From the NCBI RefSeq assembly GCF_009914755.1, contig NC_060930.1: 64,000 bases of DNA; one strand, given 5' to 3'. The stretch's first letter is position 1. The number at the start of each line of letters is the position of its first letter. This stretch comes from the human T2T-CHM13v2.0 reference genome, Homo sapiens. This document shows positions 30,326 through 47,751 of the stretch, piece after piece. The notes below the pieces were generated by a model, which saw only the letters and a list, made by a program, of their open reading frames with translations, searched no databases and was not told where the DNA came from. A program made the position numbers and the translations under genes.

Positions 30326-32279
30326 GACATACCCATACAGTTTTTTCTGGACCATTTAAAAATAAGTGGCAGACATCCTGACACTTTATCACTAAGTACC
30401 ATACAACATACAGCATTTCCTAAGAACCATACAATAATAATCACACCTAAGAAAATTAGCAATAATTTTGTGATATAATCTATGATTTCTTTCATATTCA
30501 TATATACCCACTTGAGCCCAATAGGTTTTTATAGCTATTTTTCCCCTAATCCGCAATCTAGTCAAGATGCATTAATTGCATTTGGTTGGTCTTTGTGGGT
30601 TGTGCTTTTTTGCATGTGTTTTTTTTAATGTTGCCTTTTTAAAAACTCCAGGTTAGTTGTCTTATAGAATGTTCCTTCATTTTATTTTTGTAAGCTCTGT
30701 AAATGAAATATCACATACAGTAAAGTACTCAAATATTAAGGGAACTGTTCCAAGATTTCCTTTAATGAAGTAAAATAGACTTGTGTAACTTCTACCTAGA
30801 CTGGGACATGGAATATTACCTGTATCCATAAGCATCACTCAAGCCTCCTCCCAGCCATTGCTGTCAGCAAAAAATAACACTATTCTGACTTTTATCGTAT
30901 AGTAGACACTTAGGAAATATTAGTTGAATGAATATATTATCAAAGTTTTCGTTATCTCCTGATGTGAATTTGGGCAAATTATACCACTTTAATGACCTGT
31001 CTTGTCTTATAAAATGAAATGTTAATGGACACTTTTTAAAAATCACTTCCTATTAAAAATAACTATATATTCTATGACAGTTATAGTAAATATTAGCTAT
31101 TATTAACATCAGTTTTATGTTTGAAAGACTGTTTCTTTGCATGTTTCTATTTTGCAGTTCTCTTTACTCACTGTTTCATTTAGCATTAGTATTGAATCAT
31201 AAGTTATCTCTGATAAAAGTAATAAACATATTTGTCTGAAAATATATTCACTATACTATTTTAAACACATGCATTTTTATATCCTTAAAAACAAGATATT
31301 TATTATAAAATGGGTACAGAATAAATTTCGTATTAAATCACAGTAGTGATCCTACTGCTTCAATATAAACTGCAGATCCCTGTTTTCTGCAAGTGTTTCA
31401 AATACATTGTAATGTGTGGCTATTATGTGAGTTATGGAAACATCTACTGCTTCTCAGTAGTATTTAACTTCTAAGTTTGTTTGGATAGTTTGAATACTTT
31501 TTATCGTTTTATGCTTTATTTCTCTTCTCTTGCTCATATAATAAATTACTAAATGGACTAAATCATTATGTAATTACCAAAAAATTGTTAGGCAGAACAA
31601 TTGAAAACAGGTTCTTCGTGATAAGCAATGAAAGAACACATCGTACAGCCACAGACTTCATCTGAAGTCATCTCTCTGATGATTTATTTTTGCCAAGAAG
31701 TAAAGAATTACTTGTGTCTTTCAAAAGCAATATTCTACATTCATTTTAGTTGTTGAATCTCTGTGTTCATAACATATAGGAAGACATAAAAGGACATTTT
31801 ATGCTAAAATTTTAATATTAGAGATAACATGACTGTTATATATCCATTTTCTATTTATACTGCATATATAATGAATTTCTATCTGATTGATTTTGACTAC
31901 AGAGGGATGGTAGTTATCTCTGTATTGTGGCTCTTTAATACTCTGACAAATATTATTAGTGTTCTGACTCTGAATATAATTGTATTTTGGAAGCCAGCTT
32001 GTAACGCAGAGAAAAATTCACAGTTGGCTTAGATTGACTCAGTCTTTGTTTGAATGCCACAAATTATAGTATCTAAGATTTGGACAAGAGGCATCATTTT
32101 GATGGACAAAAATGACAGGGTTCAAATAAAATTGGGCAGATATTAGGATTTGATGTCACATTTTTAGAGAGAGAGTTATGAAATATGTAAAGCCCTAAGA
32201 AAGTAGGGCTTACCATCTCATTTATGGAATGTCTAATCAACCAATTAGGGAGTTTAACCAATTTCCAACTTAAACCCAG

Positions 32280-32422
32280 TGGCACATGCCTGTAGTCCCA
32301 GCTACTCTAGAGGCTGAGGCAGGGGGAATCACATAGGTCAAGCCTGCAGTGAGCTGTGATTGTACCACTGCACTCCAGCCTGGGCAACAGAGCAAGACCC
32401 TGTCTCAAAAAGAAAAAAAAAA
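32280..32422 (+). mobile_element. Alu right arm (5'-truncated AluJ/FRAM-like)
   Basis: 'gcctgtagtcccagctact...gagcaagaccctgtctc' plus A tail. Confidence 0.9.
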
Positions 32423-32724
32423 TCAATGTTTCACAAACACACTCTGCTTTTCTTCATGTATTCTTTTCATCTGGAGCATGACTTTTCTAAATGCCAACCA
32501 TAGAAATCCTCCATAATCCCATGGAAATTTATCTCAAACACTCCTTCTCTCTTAGATATTTTCAGACTCTTTTTTTCAGACATAATTTCCCTCTTCTTTA
32601 AACCTGTATAGCAGTTTCTAACTCTCTCATTACAGAAATCAAATTATGCCATATAGCACAATAGCTTGTTTATTGTCTTATTTTTACATTGAATGGAAGC
32701 TCAGGTAGTGGGTCTCACACTTAG

Positions 32725-33093
<369 letters not shown>

Positions 33094-34649
33094 CCTTAGA
33101 AATTCTTATTTAATAACTTGGGTGATGGCAAGGTTATTGACATACACATAAGGCTGTAGATGGTCCTAAAATCATACCTTGAAAAACACTCTCTCAGACC
33201 AGAAATCTTGTGTCTTTCTCACTGCACTCTGCATCCCTAGCACCACCTTGCATATCATAAATGCTCAGTGTGTAGTGAATGACTGGGTCAACACTGGTGC
33301 TTGACTAATCAGTCACCTATCTGCAGTATAACAAACTTCAAGGGTTTACTCCCCACCTGTTGTCTACAATTCCTCAAACCTTTTCAAAGCTCTCAGTGAA
33401 ACTCTATGAGAAACCACCAGCAGAGACAGTTCTTTTCCAGCCTTCTTTCTTACCATGTTATTGCTATTCCCTCTCTAATGCTATTCCCATAGAAGCAAAG
33501 TACTTCCAAATCTGTTTGGTCTCATCCATGAAATAAGTTGAAAATTTCTCACAGTGAGAAACACTTGACTTTGTTACCATGCCAAAGTTCTCTGAATTAA
33601 TCACGCTGTCCACAGGTTGGAATAGTTCCATCAGTTTGAATTTTACAGTTATTTAAAGCTGAGCAGACAAGAATTGCTCAGCTCTGGAAAAGGAACTCAC
33701 AGACTCTCTGAGGCATAATCAATTGGATTAGGAGTCTCTCTTCTGAAGCTGATTTTGTAACTTTGTCCCTTCTGAATTTTCCCAGTCATTTTGCCTTTCA
33801 AGCTCACTTAAAGAGAAGGTTCCTTTCTCACATGACTCAATAGATGAAAATAATTATGATGCAATTAACAGCAAATTTAATTGTAAACATTATATTTCTG
33901 TGCCAAATGTAAACATGAAAAATTATAGATTTATTTTGCTTTCAGATTTCTTAAAGAGCAACAAAATTGTTTTCTTTGATTTAAACTAATGCTAAATACA
34001 ATGCTGTGTTGTTCTTTGATATCACTAAGGCTTAGTGTGAGAATGTTTTCATTAAGGTAGAAAGCAATACAGAACAAAATTTGAAAAAGGGTGGCCTGAT
34101 TGTATTACTACCTCTTTATCCTCTAGCAGCCCTTTCAATTAAGAAAGAAAAGCCATTTTACAAAGTCAAAGTGGAAAAACCAGGAAGCAGGAAATATTTT
34201 TAAAGTATTGTATTGTTTTTTAAAATTACCTAAAGAAAATGTGGCAAAATGAATAAAAATTTAATTATACCACCACTGTTGGTTTTAAGTCAATTTTATG
34301 CCCTTATGAGAAGTTTTATAGACATTTTTCCACCTAAAAACTCTGACAATATAATAATCAAATAAATTTGTTTTAAGTTCAGTAACAGGGGAGGTAGGAC
34401 ACTTGAGATGTTTGAACATCAAGATCTCACTGGGCTCAAAGAGAGGTACAAATAATCTAGGTGATGATGCCTATGGAATAATTTATTGATGGAAAATGTG
34501 ATATAAACCTGTTTCTCCTTTCTATGAGAGATGCTTAGAAGGTTTCTGCAATAATTTCTATCTTCAGAACATATTTAGAACAGTCACAATAGTTGGCTCT
34601 GATGGACCATGATTTCATATACACAGTTTATTTTTCTGCCTTATTAGTC

Positions 34650-35180
34650 TTGAGATCAAACATTCATTTAACAAAAAAAAAAAAAAAAAAGATTGAATTC
34701 TGCTGCCTGCCTGGAAGAAAGTCAAAGCAGAATAGCTGCCCTCAAAGGCTCATGATCTAATGGAGAAGACTAAAAGGTAAACAAATTCGGTCTATCAAAA
34801 GTGTAAGCAGAGTAGCTAAAACAGTGTGCCTTGGGATTACAGAAAAGGCAGGCCCTCACTGCTTGGTGAATCGGTGAGGAAACAACAAAAGTGATTTGAA
34901 CTGAATCTCAAAGGATAAGCGCGTGTCTGTCTGTTATGTAAGAGAGGTAGAGGCTTGAAACCCAGGAAAAAGCAATGTTTGCCCAGTGAGCAGGCTTTAA
35001 AAGTTATGACTTTTTAGGGGGCTCCACGTTGTTCCATGTCATGGGAACAGTAGATGTATGTGGAGAAATTACAAGAGACCACATCATCAAAAACGTTGTA
35101 TGACATGCCAGGGAGCTGACTTTTTTCTCAGACCATGGAGGCTTTGAAGAATTTTAATCACGGAAGTGGCATGATTCTAT
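34650..35180 (-). mobile_element. L2 fragment
   Basis: 'cattcatttaacaa...ctgccctcaaaggctcatgatctaatggagaagac'. Confidence 0.65.
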
Positions 35181-35184
35181 TTAT

Positions 35185-36488
35185 TATTTTTTAAAACAGT
35201 TTTATTGAGATATTATTGGCATACAATAGATTATTTTTTACATGGAATTCTATAAATCCATATAACCACAATCATGATAATGAGCATATCCATCACTCCC
35301 CTAAGTTTCCTTGAGGCTCTTTATAATCCTTTCCCCTTCTCTCTCTCCCACAATCAAACCCAGGAAACCACTGAACTACTGATCTGCTTTCTGTTGCTGT
35401 AGATTAATGAACATTTCCTAGAATTTTACATGAGTGGAATCAGATAGTATGTATATATGTATCAATATTACCAGCTTCTTTAGTTTAGCACACATCACAA
35501 AATATTAATATTTTGAGACTTGTCAGTGTTATGTGTATCAACGTTCCACTCTCTTTTATTGCTGAGTAGTGCTGTCTTACATGGTTACACCACAATTTGT
35601 TTATCTATTTGCTTGTTGATGAACATGGGAGTTGTTTCCAGTTTTTAGCTATTACAAGTAAAGCTGCAATGAATGTTCATGCATAAGTCTTTGCGTAGAC
35701 ATGTGCTTTCTTTGTCTTAGGTATATACCTAGACATGAAATGGCTGGATCATGTGATAGGTCATGTTTAACTTTTTAAAATAATGTCAAACAGTTTTCTA
35801 AAGTGGTTATACTATTTTACATTTGCACCAATAGTGTATGAGAGTCCCAGTCTCTCTACATCCTCGTCAGCACTTGGTGTGATTAGACTTTTAAATTTTA
35901 GCAGTCTTAATAGGTGTGTAGTGCTATTCATCGTGGTTTCAATGTGCATCTCCCTACTGATTGCTGATTTTGAGCATCTTTTCATGTGCTTATTTACTAC
36001 CTGTATAACTTCTTTGATGATATGTCTGTTTAAAACTTTTGTCAGTTTTTAAAATGGGTTTTCTAAAATTTTCTTATTGCTACATTTTTTAGAGTTATTT
36101 AGAAATTCTTGATACATATCTTTGGTCAGCTATATGACATATAAATATTTTTCTCCCAGTATGAGGCTTCTTTTGTGAAAAATAAGTGTTTTTAATTTTA
36201 AAGTTCAATTTATCCAATTTTTCTTTTATGAATCATGCTATTGGTATAATTTCTAATAAACTTTTGCCTAACCTAAGGTCAAAAAATTTTTCTGTTTCAC
36301 ATTTATAGTTTTAGGTTTTATATTTATGTGTGTGATCTATTTTAAATTAACTTTTGTGTGTTGTGCCAGGTATAAATAGGAGTTCATTTTTAAAACTATA
36401 TTGACATTAAATTGACCCAGCACTATTTGTTGAAAATATTATCCCTTCTCTACTGAATTGTTCTTGTCACTTTATCAGAAATCAATAT
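35185..36488 (-). mobile_element. Old L1M (MB/MC-type) 3' portion
   Basis: 'ttttattgagatatt', 'ttgtttccagtttttagctattac', 'gagcatcttttcatgtgcttattta', 'cagcactatttgttgaaaa'. Confidence 0.8.
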
Positions 36489-36489
36489 T

Positions 36490-36980
36490 CCAACCTCACA
36501 GAAATCTAATGAATGCTCTGTTCAGCAACAGCACAATACACGTTCTTCTTAAGTGCACACAACATTTTTCAGGATAGACCACAGGTTAGGCAATGAGACA
36601 AGTTTCAATAAGTTTACAAAGATTAAAACCATGCAAAGTACCTTTTCCAACCACAATGGAATGAAACTAGAAGTTAATCACTGAAGGAAATATGGAAAAT
36701 TCACAAATATGTAGAAAATAAATAACACTCTCAAATAACCAATGGTTCAAAGAAGAAATCACAACGGAAATTAGAAAATGCTTGAGACAAATTAAAACAA
36801 AAATGCAACATACCAAAATTTATGGGATGCAGCTAAGCAGTGATTGTAGAGATATTTATAGCTATAAATGCCTATATATAAAAAGAAGATCTCAGATTAA
36901 TAACCTAACTTTGCACCTTAAGGAGCTAGAAAAAGAAGAACAAACTAAACCCAAAAGTAGCAGTAGAAAAGAAATCATTG
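36490..36980 (+). mobile_element. L1M ORF2 (endonuclease/linker) fragment in the opposite orientation
   Basis: ORF 36782-37030 'SQINNLTLHLKELEKEEQTKPKSSSRKEI'; 'ccacaatggaatgaaactagaa'. Confidence 0.85.
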
Positions 36981-38770
36981 CCCAGAAAATTCTGAAAAAG
37001 AAAAAACAAAAGAGGCAGCCTGCTCTTTGACCCCCAGCATACTGGATATGTTATACACTTAAAATAATGGCATCATCATAAGGAAATGTTATTGTAGGGT
37101 CAAAATAATAATAGATGTGTAGCTGTTAAGTACGGAATAAAGTTGACATTTGTATGTCATTTATTATGAAAGAAACTATGACTTTGGAGAACATCCATTT
37201 AACAGAACTTGACCTCAGAATTCTACATGTAGTGATTCCATAGGACAGATGTTTGCTCTGAGGTTGTAGCTTATTACATAATGTACCAATGGGGAAAATA
37301 TTCATTTCAACAGTACGTGGCCAATGTTTTTCACCATAAAATTCTGTCAGAGAAACAAGAAGTCCCTGAAATATACTTTTATTTGTGCATTAAAGGATAG
37401 ATTGGAAGTTTTAAGGAGAAATTGCAAGGCTTAATTCAGGTAGTTTTTTTTTTTTAAATACAGGCAAAGAAATTGGTTGACTTTCAACCTCATGAGTTTA
37501 AGAAATTGTGATTGTACCCAAAGTACTTTGAATTAACGTAAAGATGAAAAGTCCTAGACATCTGTGGGATATGGGGAAAGCTGAGTAAAATCCAATTTTG
37601 TATGTATATGGAATGATTTTTTACTGTTCAGTTTCTGGGAAGAAAAAGGCAACTTCTATTATGGCTGATATGCTGAAGAAGCTAAGTGATTATCCTAAAT
37701 GAGACTGCCAGGAAAATCATTATGAGTTGTTATCATGTGCTATAAACTGTAGATAAATTTAAAACATACAAAGACATGAAAAAAGGATGAAGTTACATAA
37801 CAAGTAAACAAAAATCAGATCTTTTAATTTTTCTATATACAGTCTCATTCATACAGCAGACAATGCCTAGTTATAAGTGTAACAAACTAGCTCCGCACTT
37901 TCCTCCACACCTCATTCATTGGCGGGGCTCAAAGCATCTTCAGCCACAGGGCTGGCTGTCCAGAGACATGAGCAAGAAAGGAAAAGAATCAAGACAGCAG
38001 AGGTAAGTTTGCAGGAAGGTTGTGCAGACAGGATCACAAACAGAGAATAGAACCAAAAGAGATGACTTCAAACACTGTCATGGAGAAGGGAAACTTTCTT
38101 TAAAGAGAACCATGAAGAACAAGGGTACCTGAGCAATAAAGCAATGAAGATTCTAGAATTCCCTGTTATCCCAAATCTTTTCTTTTCTTTTTTTTAAACT
38201 CTAATTCCTTTGTAGATTTCTTAAAGTCTTTCCCATTGATTTTCTTAAATTAAAACATGATTATCTTTTGGAAATGGATTCCTATATATTTAATTTTGCC
38301 TTCTTAGCTCCCAACTCAGTGTTTTACAAGTAGTAAAGACCTAATAATTGAGTGCTTGGTGACATCCAATTTAAATGATATGTAAATATTGTAGCAGTCA
38401 AATATATCCTTGAAGTATCTGACTATGATACAACTCCTGGACATTATTGCTAGATGAATAGTCATAACTACCTGTTGCCTGGTATTAAGAATTTCTGAAG
38501 AGTCCCCGAGTTTCAGCCTGTGAGATTATGAACGCCATTCTTTGCAAGCGGTTTTTTTCTCTTATAAAATCTACACTATTGAGACGTGACTTTGCAATCA
38601 GTGCACAGATTGGGCCTTCTGTAAGTGCAGCCAGGGGTTAGTGGTATCTGAGTGCTTTCTGGGGCACACCTTTCAATGCTCTGCTGCATCCACTAGGCAT
38701 AGATTGCTGCATGCATTATATGGACAAAATGCATTTAAAAGTTTCTTTAATATTTTGTGACATTAAAAGT

Positions 38771-39004
38771 TGATGTCATTTGGCTGTGTCCCCACCCAAA
38801 TCTCATCTTGAATTGTAGTTCCCATAATTCCCACGTGTTGTGGGAGGGACCTAGTGGGAGATAATTGAATCATGGGGGCAGGTCTTTCTCATGCTGTTCT
38901 TGTGATGGTGAATAAGTCTCACGAGATCTGATGGTTTTAGAAAGGGGAGTTCCCTCACACATGTTCTCCTGCCTGCTGCCATGTAAGACATGACTTCATT
39001 TCTT
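38771..39004 (+). mobile_element. THE1-type MaLR LTR, 5' part
   Basis: 'tttggctgtgtccccacccaaatctcatcttgaattgtagttcccataattcccacgtgttgtgggagggacc'. Confidence 0.92.
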
Positions 39005-39224
39005 TTTTTTTCTTTTATTATTATACTTTAAGTTTTAGGGTACATGTGCACATTGTGCAGGTTAGTTACATATGTATACATGTGCCACACTGGTGCGCTG
39101 CACCCACTAACTTGTCATCTAGCATTAGGTATATCTCCCAATGCTATCCGTCCCCCCTCCCCCAACCCCACAACAGTCCCCAGAGTGTGATGTTCCCCTT
39201 CCTGTGTCCATGTGATCTCATTGT

Positions 39225-43046
<3,822 letters not shown>

Positions 43047-43109
43047 TAAGATGTTAGCTGGTTATTTTGCTCGTTAGTTGATGCAGCTTCTTCTTAGTCT
43101 CGATGGTCT

Positions 43110-44126
43110 TTACATTTTGGCATGATTTTGCAGCGGCTGGTACTGGTTGTTTCTTTCCATGTTTAGCGCTTCCTTCAGGAGCTCTTTTAGGGCAGGCCTG
43201 GTGGTGACAAAATCTCTCAGCATTTGCTTCTCTGTAAAGTATTTTATTTCTCCTTCACGTATGAAGCTTAGTTTGGCTGGATATGAAATTCTGGGTTGAA
43301 AATTCTTTTCTTTAAGAATGTTGAATATCGGCCCCCACTCTCTTCTGGCTTGTAGGGTTTCTGCCGAGAGATCCACTGTTAGTCTGATGGGCTTCCCTTT
43401 GAGGGTAACCCGACCTTTCTCTCTGACTGCCCTTAACATTTTTTCCTTCACTTCAACTTTGGTGAATCTGACAATTATGTGTCTTGGGGTTGCTCTTCTC
43501 GAGGAGTATCTTTGTGGTGTTCTCTGTATTTCCTGAATCTGAACGTTGGCCTGCCTTGCTAGATTGGGGAAGTTCTCCTGGATAATATCCTGCAGAGTGT
43601 TTTCCAACTTGGTTCTATTCTCCCCGTCACTTTCAGGTACACCAATAAGATGTAGATTTGGTCTTTTCACATAGTCCCATATTTCTTGGAGGCTTTGCTC
43701 ATTTCTTTTTATTCTTTTTTCTCTAAACTTCCCTTCTCACTTCATTTCATTCATTTCATCTTCCATTGCTGATACCCTTTCTTCCAGTTGATCACATTGG
43801 CTCCTGAGGCTTCTGCATTCTTCACGTAGTTCTCGAGCCTTGGTTTTCAGCTCCATCAGCTCCTTTAAGCACTTCTCTGTATTGGTTATTCTAGTTATAC
43901 ATTCTTCTACATTTTTTTCAAAGTTTTCAACTTCTTTGCCTTTGGTTTGAATGTCCTCCCGTAGCTCAGAGTAATTTGATCGTCTGAAGCCTTCTTCTCT
44001 CAGCTCGTCAAAGTCGTTCTCCGTCCAGCTTTGTTCCGTTGCTGGTGAGGAACTGCGTTCTTTTGGAGGAGGAGAGGTGCTCTGCTTTTTAGAGTTTCCA
44101 GTTTTTCTGTTCTGTTTTTTTCCCAT
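43110..44126 (-). pseudogene. L1 ORF1p with a premature stop at 43737-43739
   Basis: Two in-frame ORFs (129 aa and 186 aa) separated by TGA. Confidence 0.92.
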
Positions 44127-44588
44127 CTTTGTGGTTTTATCTACTTTTGGTCTTTGATGATGGTGATGTACAGATGGGTTTTTGGTGTGGATGTCCTTTC
44201 TGTTTGTTAGTTTTCCTTCTAACAGACAGGACCCTCAGCTGCAGGTCTGTTGGAGTACCCTGCCTTGTGAGGTGTCAGTGTTCCCCTGCTGGGGAGTGCC
44301 TCCCAGTTAGGCTGCTCGGGGGTCAGGGGTCAGGGGTCAGGGACCCACTTGAGGAGGCAGTCTGCCCGTTCTCAGATCTCCAGCTGCATACTGGGAGAAC
44401 CACTGCTCTCTTCAAAGCTGTCAGACAGGGACATTTAAGTCTGCAGAGGTTACTGCTGTCTTTTTGTTTGTCTGTGCCCTGCCCCCAGAGGTGGAGCCTA
44501 CAGAGGCAGGCAGGCCTCCTTGAGCTGTGGTGGGCTCCACCCACTTCAAGCTTCCAGGCTGTTTTGTTTACCTAATCAAGCCTGGGCA

Positions 44589-44897
44589 ATGGCGGGCGCC
44601 CCTCCCCCAGCCTCGCTGCGGCCTTGCAGTTTGATCTCAGACTGCTGTGCTAGCAATCAGCGAGACTCCGTGGGCATAGGACCCTCGGCGCCAGGTGCAG
44701 GATATAATCTCGTGGTGCGCCGTTTTTTAAGCCCGTCGGAAAAGCGCAGTATTTGGGTGGGAGTGACCCGATTTTCCAGGTGCCGTCTGTCACCCCTTTC
44801 TTTGACTAGGAAAGGGAACTCTCTGAACCCTTGCACTTCCCGAGTGAGGCAATGCCTCGCCCTGCTTCAGCTCGCGCACGGTGCGCGCACCCACTGA
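44589..44897 (+). CDS. L1 antisense ORF0, open, 102 aa (expression unknown)
   Basis: MAGAPPPASLRPCSLISDCCASNQRDSVGIGPS... matches the primate L1 ORF0 N-terminus; Kozak context gcaATGG. Confidence 0.75.
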   Translation: MAGAPPPASLRPCSLISDCCASNQRDSVGIGPSAPGAGYNLVVRRFLSPSEKRSIWVGVTRFSRCRLSPLSLTRKGNSLNPCTSRVRQCLALLQLAHGARTH

Positions 44898-45037
44898 CCT
44901 GCGCCCACTGTCTGGCACACCCTAGTGAGATGAACCGGGTACCTCAGATGGAAATGCAGAAATCACCCGTCTTCTGCATCTCTCACGCTGAGAGCTGTAG
45001 ACCGCAGCTGTTCCTATTCGGCCATCTTGGCTCCTCC

Positions 45038-45181
45038 TGACTTCATTTCTTCTTTGCCTTCTTCCATGATTGTGAGGCGTCTCCAGCCATGTGGAACTGT
45101 GAGTCCATTAAATTTCTTTCTTTTGTAAATTACCCAGCCACTGGTATGTCTTTATTAGCAGCATGAGAACAGACTAATAGA
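45038..45181 (+). mobile_element. THE1-type LTR, 3' part
   Basis: 'ccatgattgtgaggcgtctccagccatgtggaactgtgagtccattaaa...gagaacagactaata'. Confidence 0.92.
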
Positions 45182-45891
45182 AAAATATACTTTAATCATA
45201 CAACAGCTACCAAAAGCTTTTCTCCTAGGGGAAGTAAGGCTGATACTAAATCATCTTATTGCATATCATTGACCACAGAAGTTTTCCTACATGCACAATA
45301 CTTCTCTATTCAGACTCCAAATATTATTTTTCTTTGAAATTTATTCTATCTTATTAGATATAGAAACTGAAACTTTCATATCTTCTAGAAAATATAACCA
45401 AATCATTCCAATAGATACTTATTACATTTTTAAAAATGTAGACCCCATATTTATATTCAAAATATAACTTCTCCCCGTTTTGTGGGCATGCGTCCCCTAA
45501 ATATCTACAATCACTCTTGCAAAGAGGAAAGACATAGTCTCATGCACAGGAAAATTTATTTTAAATGATGAATAACAAACTAAAATAGTAGTGGGCCATA
45601 AATTGTACTGATGGTGCACATGAGACTCAAGTTAGAATGACAAAGGATACATACTATAGAAGAGTTCAAAAGTGTGGCATGTAATTGAGTAATTAATTTG
45701 CTTAACTGCAGCTGAATTTGATTCTCCCTTGAATGACCTAAATCCATTTTTTTCTCTTCCATCCTCTATTCCTCAACATCTCCCTCCAAAACGGAAAAGA
45801 CTAAGCCCTAGCAGAATGGCCAAATTGGTTTAATTATTGTTTTGTTTTGTTTTTCTAGCCTGTGACTATGGCATATAGAAATGCAAATTCA

Positions 45892-46261
<370 letters not shown>

Positions 46262-47501
46262 TCACACAGTTAAGCCTATATATCGATGTATTCTTCAAAT
46301 TATTCAGGCTCAGAGACATAAAATCACTAAATTAACATAAATCCAATACTTAACGTATGTATTCTCCAAGTTAATTAAACTCAAAGATATATGACCACTA
46401 ATTAACATGGAAGAGTCGTTCATTGGTTACAAGCCGTATTTGACTTTAGAATGTTGTCCTTTTGCGGCTATGCTTCATGAAAGAAGTACCTGATCATATT
46501 TGCTTTAGTAATAACAATATTTGACACCTATAGTGTTTTATACATTTTGGCAGCCCATATATAAACAAACTCTGAATCTTTGAGCACTATTATTCTGCTG
46601 GAATATACATGGCATACAAAACTCATGAAGGTGTGGCATTGACGTCCAATGCCACTGAATTGAACAAAAATATAATAAATCTTGTTATGACTTTAATGCT
46701 TCCAGAATGTTAAGACACAACAATTTTTATCCAGAATTAAACATTTTTAGAAATGCTGGCATAAATAAGGCTTTAATTCAAAAGCTTTCCTTCTCCTTTG
46801 TAGTAAATTATAGTGATTTTTTTCCATTGTCCACTTGAAATATTTTGGTACTGTAAAACTGTTACTATAGATTTCAGAAGACCACCCTCCTGGAGGGCAC
46901 TTGAATTGGTACTAGGAAAAATCAGGGGGAAGTTGATGAACCTGAGAACTTGAAGGGTGAATTATGAATTGGATGTAGAATATGTCTCGTGATGTGATAT
47001 AGATGTGTCATCTACATGAATTAGAAATAAGAACATATTGGAATGCCTGGCAAGAGGTCTGGACAAAAGCAGAGAGCAGTTAGGTGTGGTCAGAGAGAAA
47101 CGGAATGATAGAGGTCAGCAGGTTTTGGGATCATAGCACCCGTGCTGGATCCAGATCCTGGCTTAGAGTATAAACTGAACTGCACCACCTGAAATGGAAG
47201 TTACGACTTCTGGAAAAGAAGACTGAATCATAGAGAATGAATAGAAGAGGGTAGAACATTGTAGTCATTCAAAAGGATCAAAGAGAAAGGTTATCAGGAT
47301 GATCCTAGAGCTAGCATTGAATCTATAAATGACTTTGGGCAGTATGGCCATTTTCATGATATTGATTCTCCCTATCCATGAGCATGGAATGTTTTTCCAT
47401 TTGCTTGTGTCTTCTCTTATTTCCTTGAACAGTGGTTTGTAGTTCTCCTTGAAGAAGTCCTTCACATCCCTTGTAAGTTGAATTCCCATGTCTACAAACA
47501 T

Positions 47502-47751
47502 GACAAAATTACCTTCCACCCCTACTACACAACTAAAGAAATCCTAGGCCTATTTCTCCTCCTCCTCGCCCTAATAACACTGGTACTATTCTCACCCGAC
47601 CTTCTAGGCGACCCAGACAACTATACCCTAGCCAACCCCCTAAACACCCCACCCCACATTAAACCCGAATGTTACTTTCTATTCGCCTACACAATCCTAC
47701 GGTCCATTCCCAAAAAACTAGGAGGCGTATTAGCCCTCCTATTATCAATTC
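47502..47751 (+). pseudogene. MT-CYB: NUMT: nuclear copy of a mitochondrial cytochrome b fragment (about aa 216-298)
   Basis: Translates [16 protein letters not shown]...[54 protein letters not shown]; C/A-rich, G-poor mitochondrial composition; PEWY motif reads PECY. Confidence 0.98.

Noticed and set aside
30116-30478. His-rich 120-aa ORF
   Set aside because: Translation of a CA-rich low-complexity repeat plus old repeat sequence.
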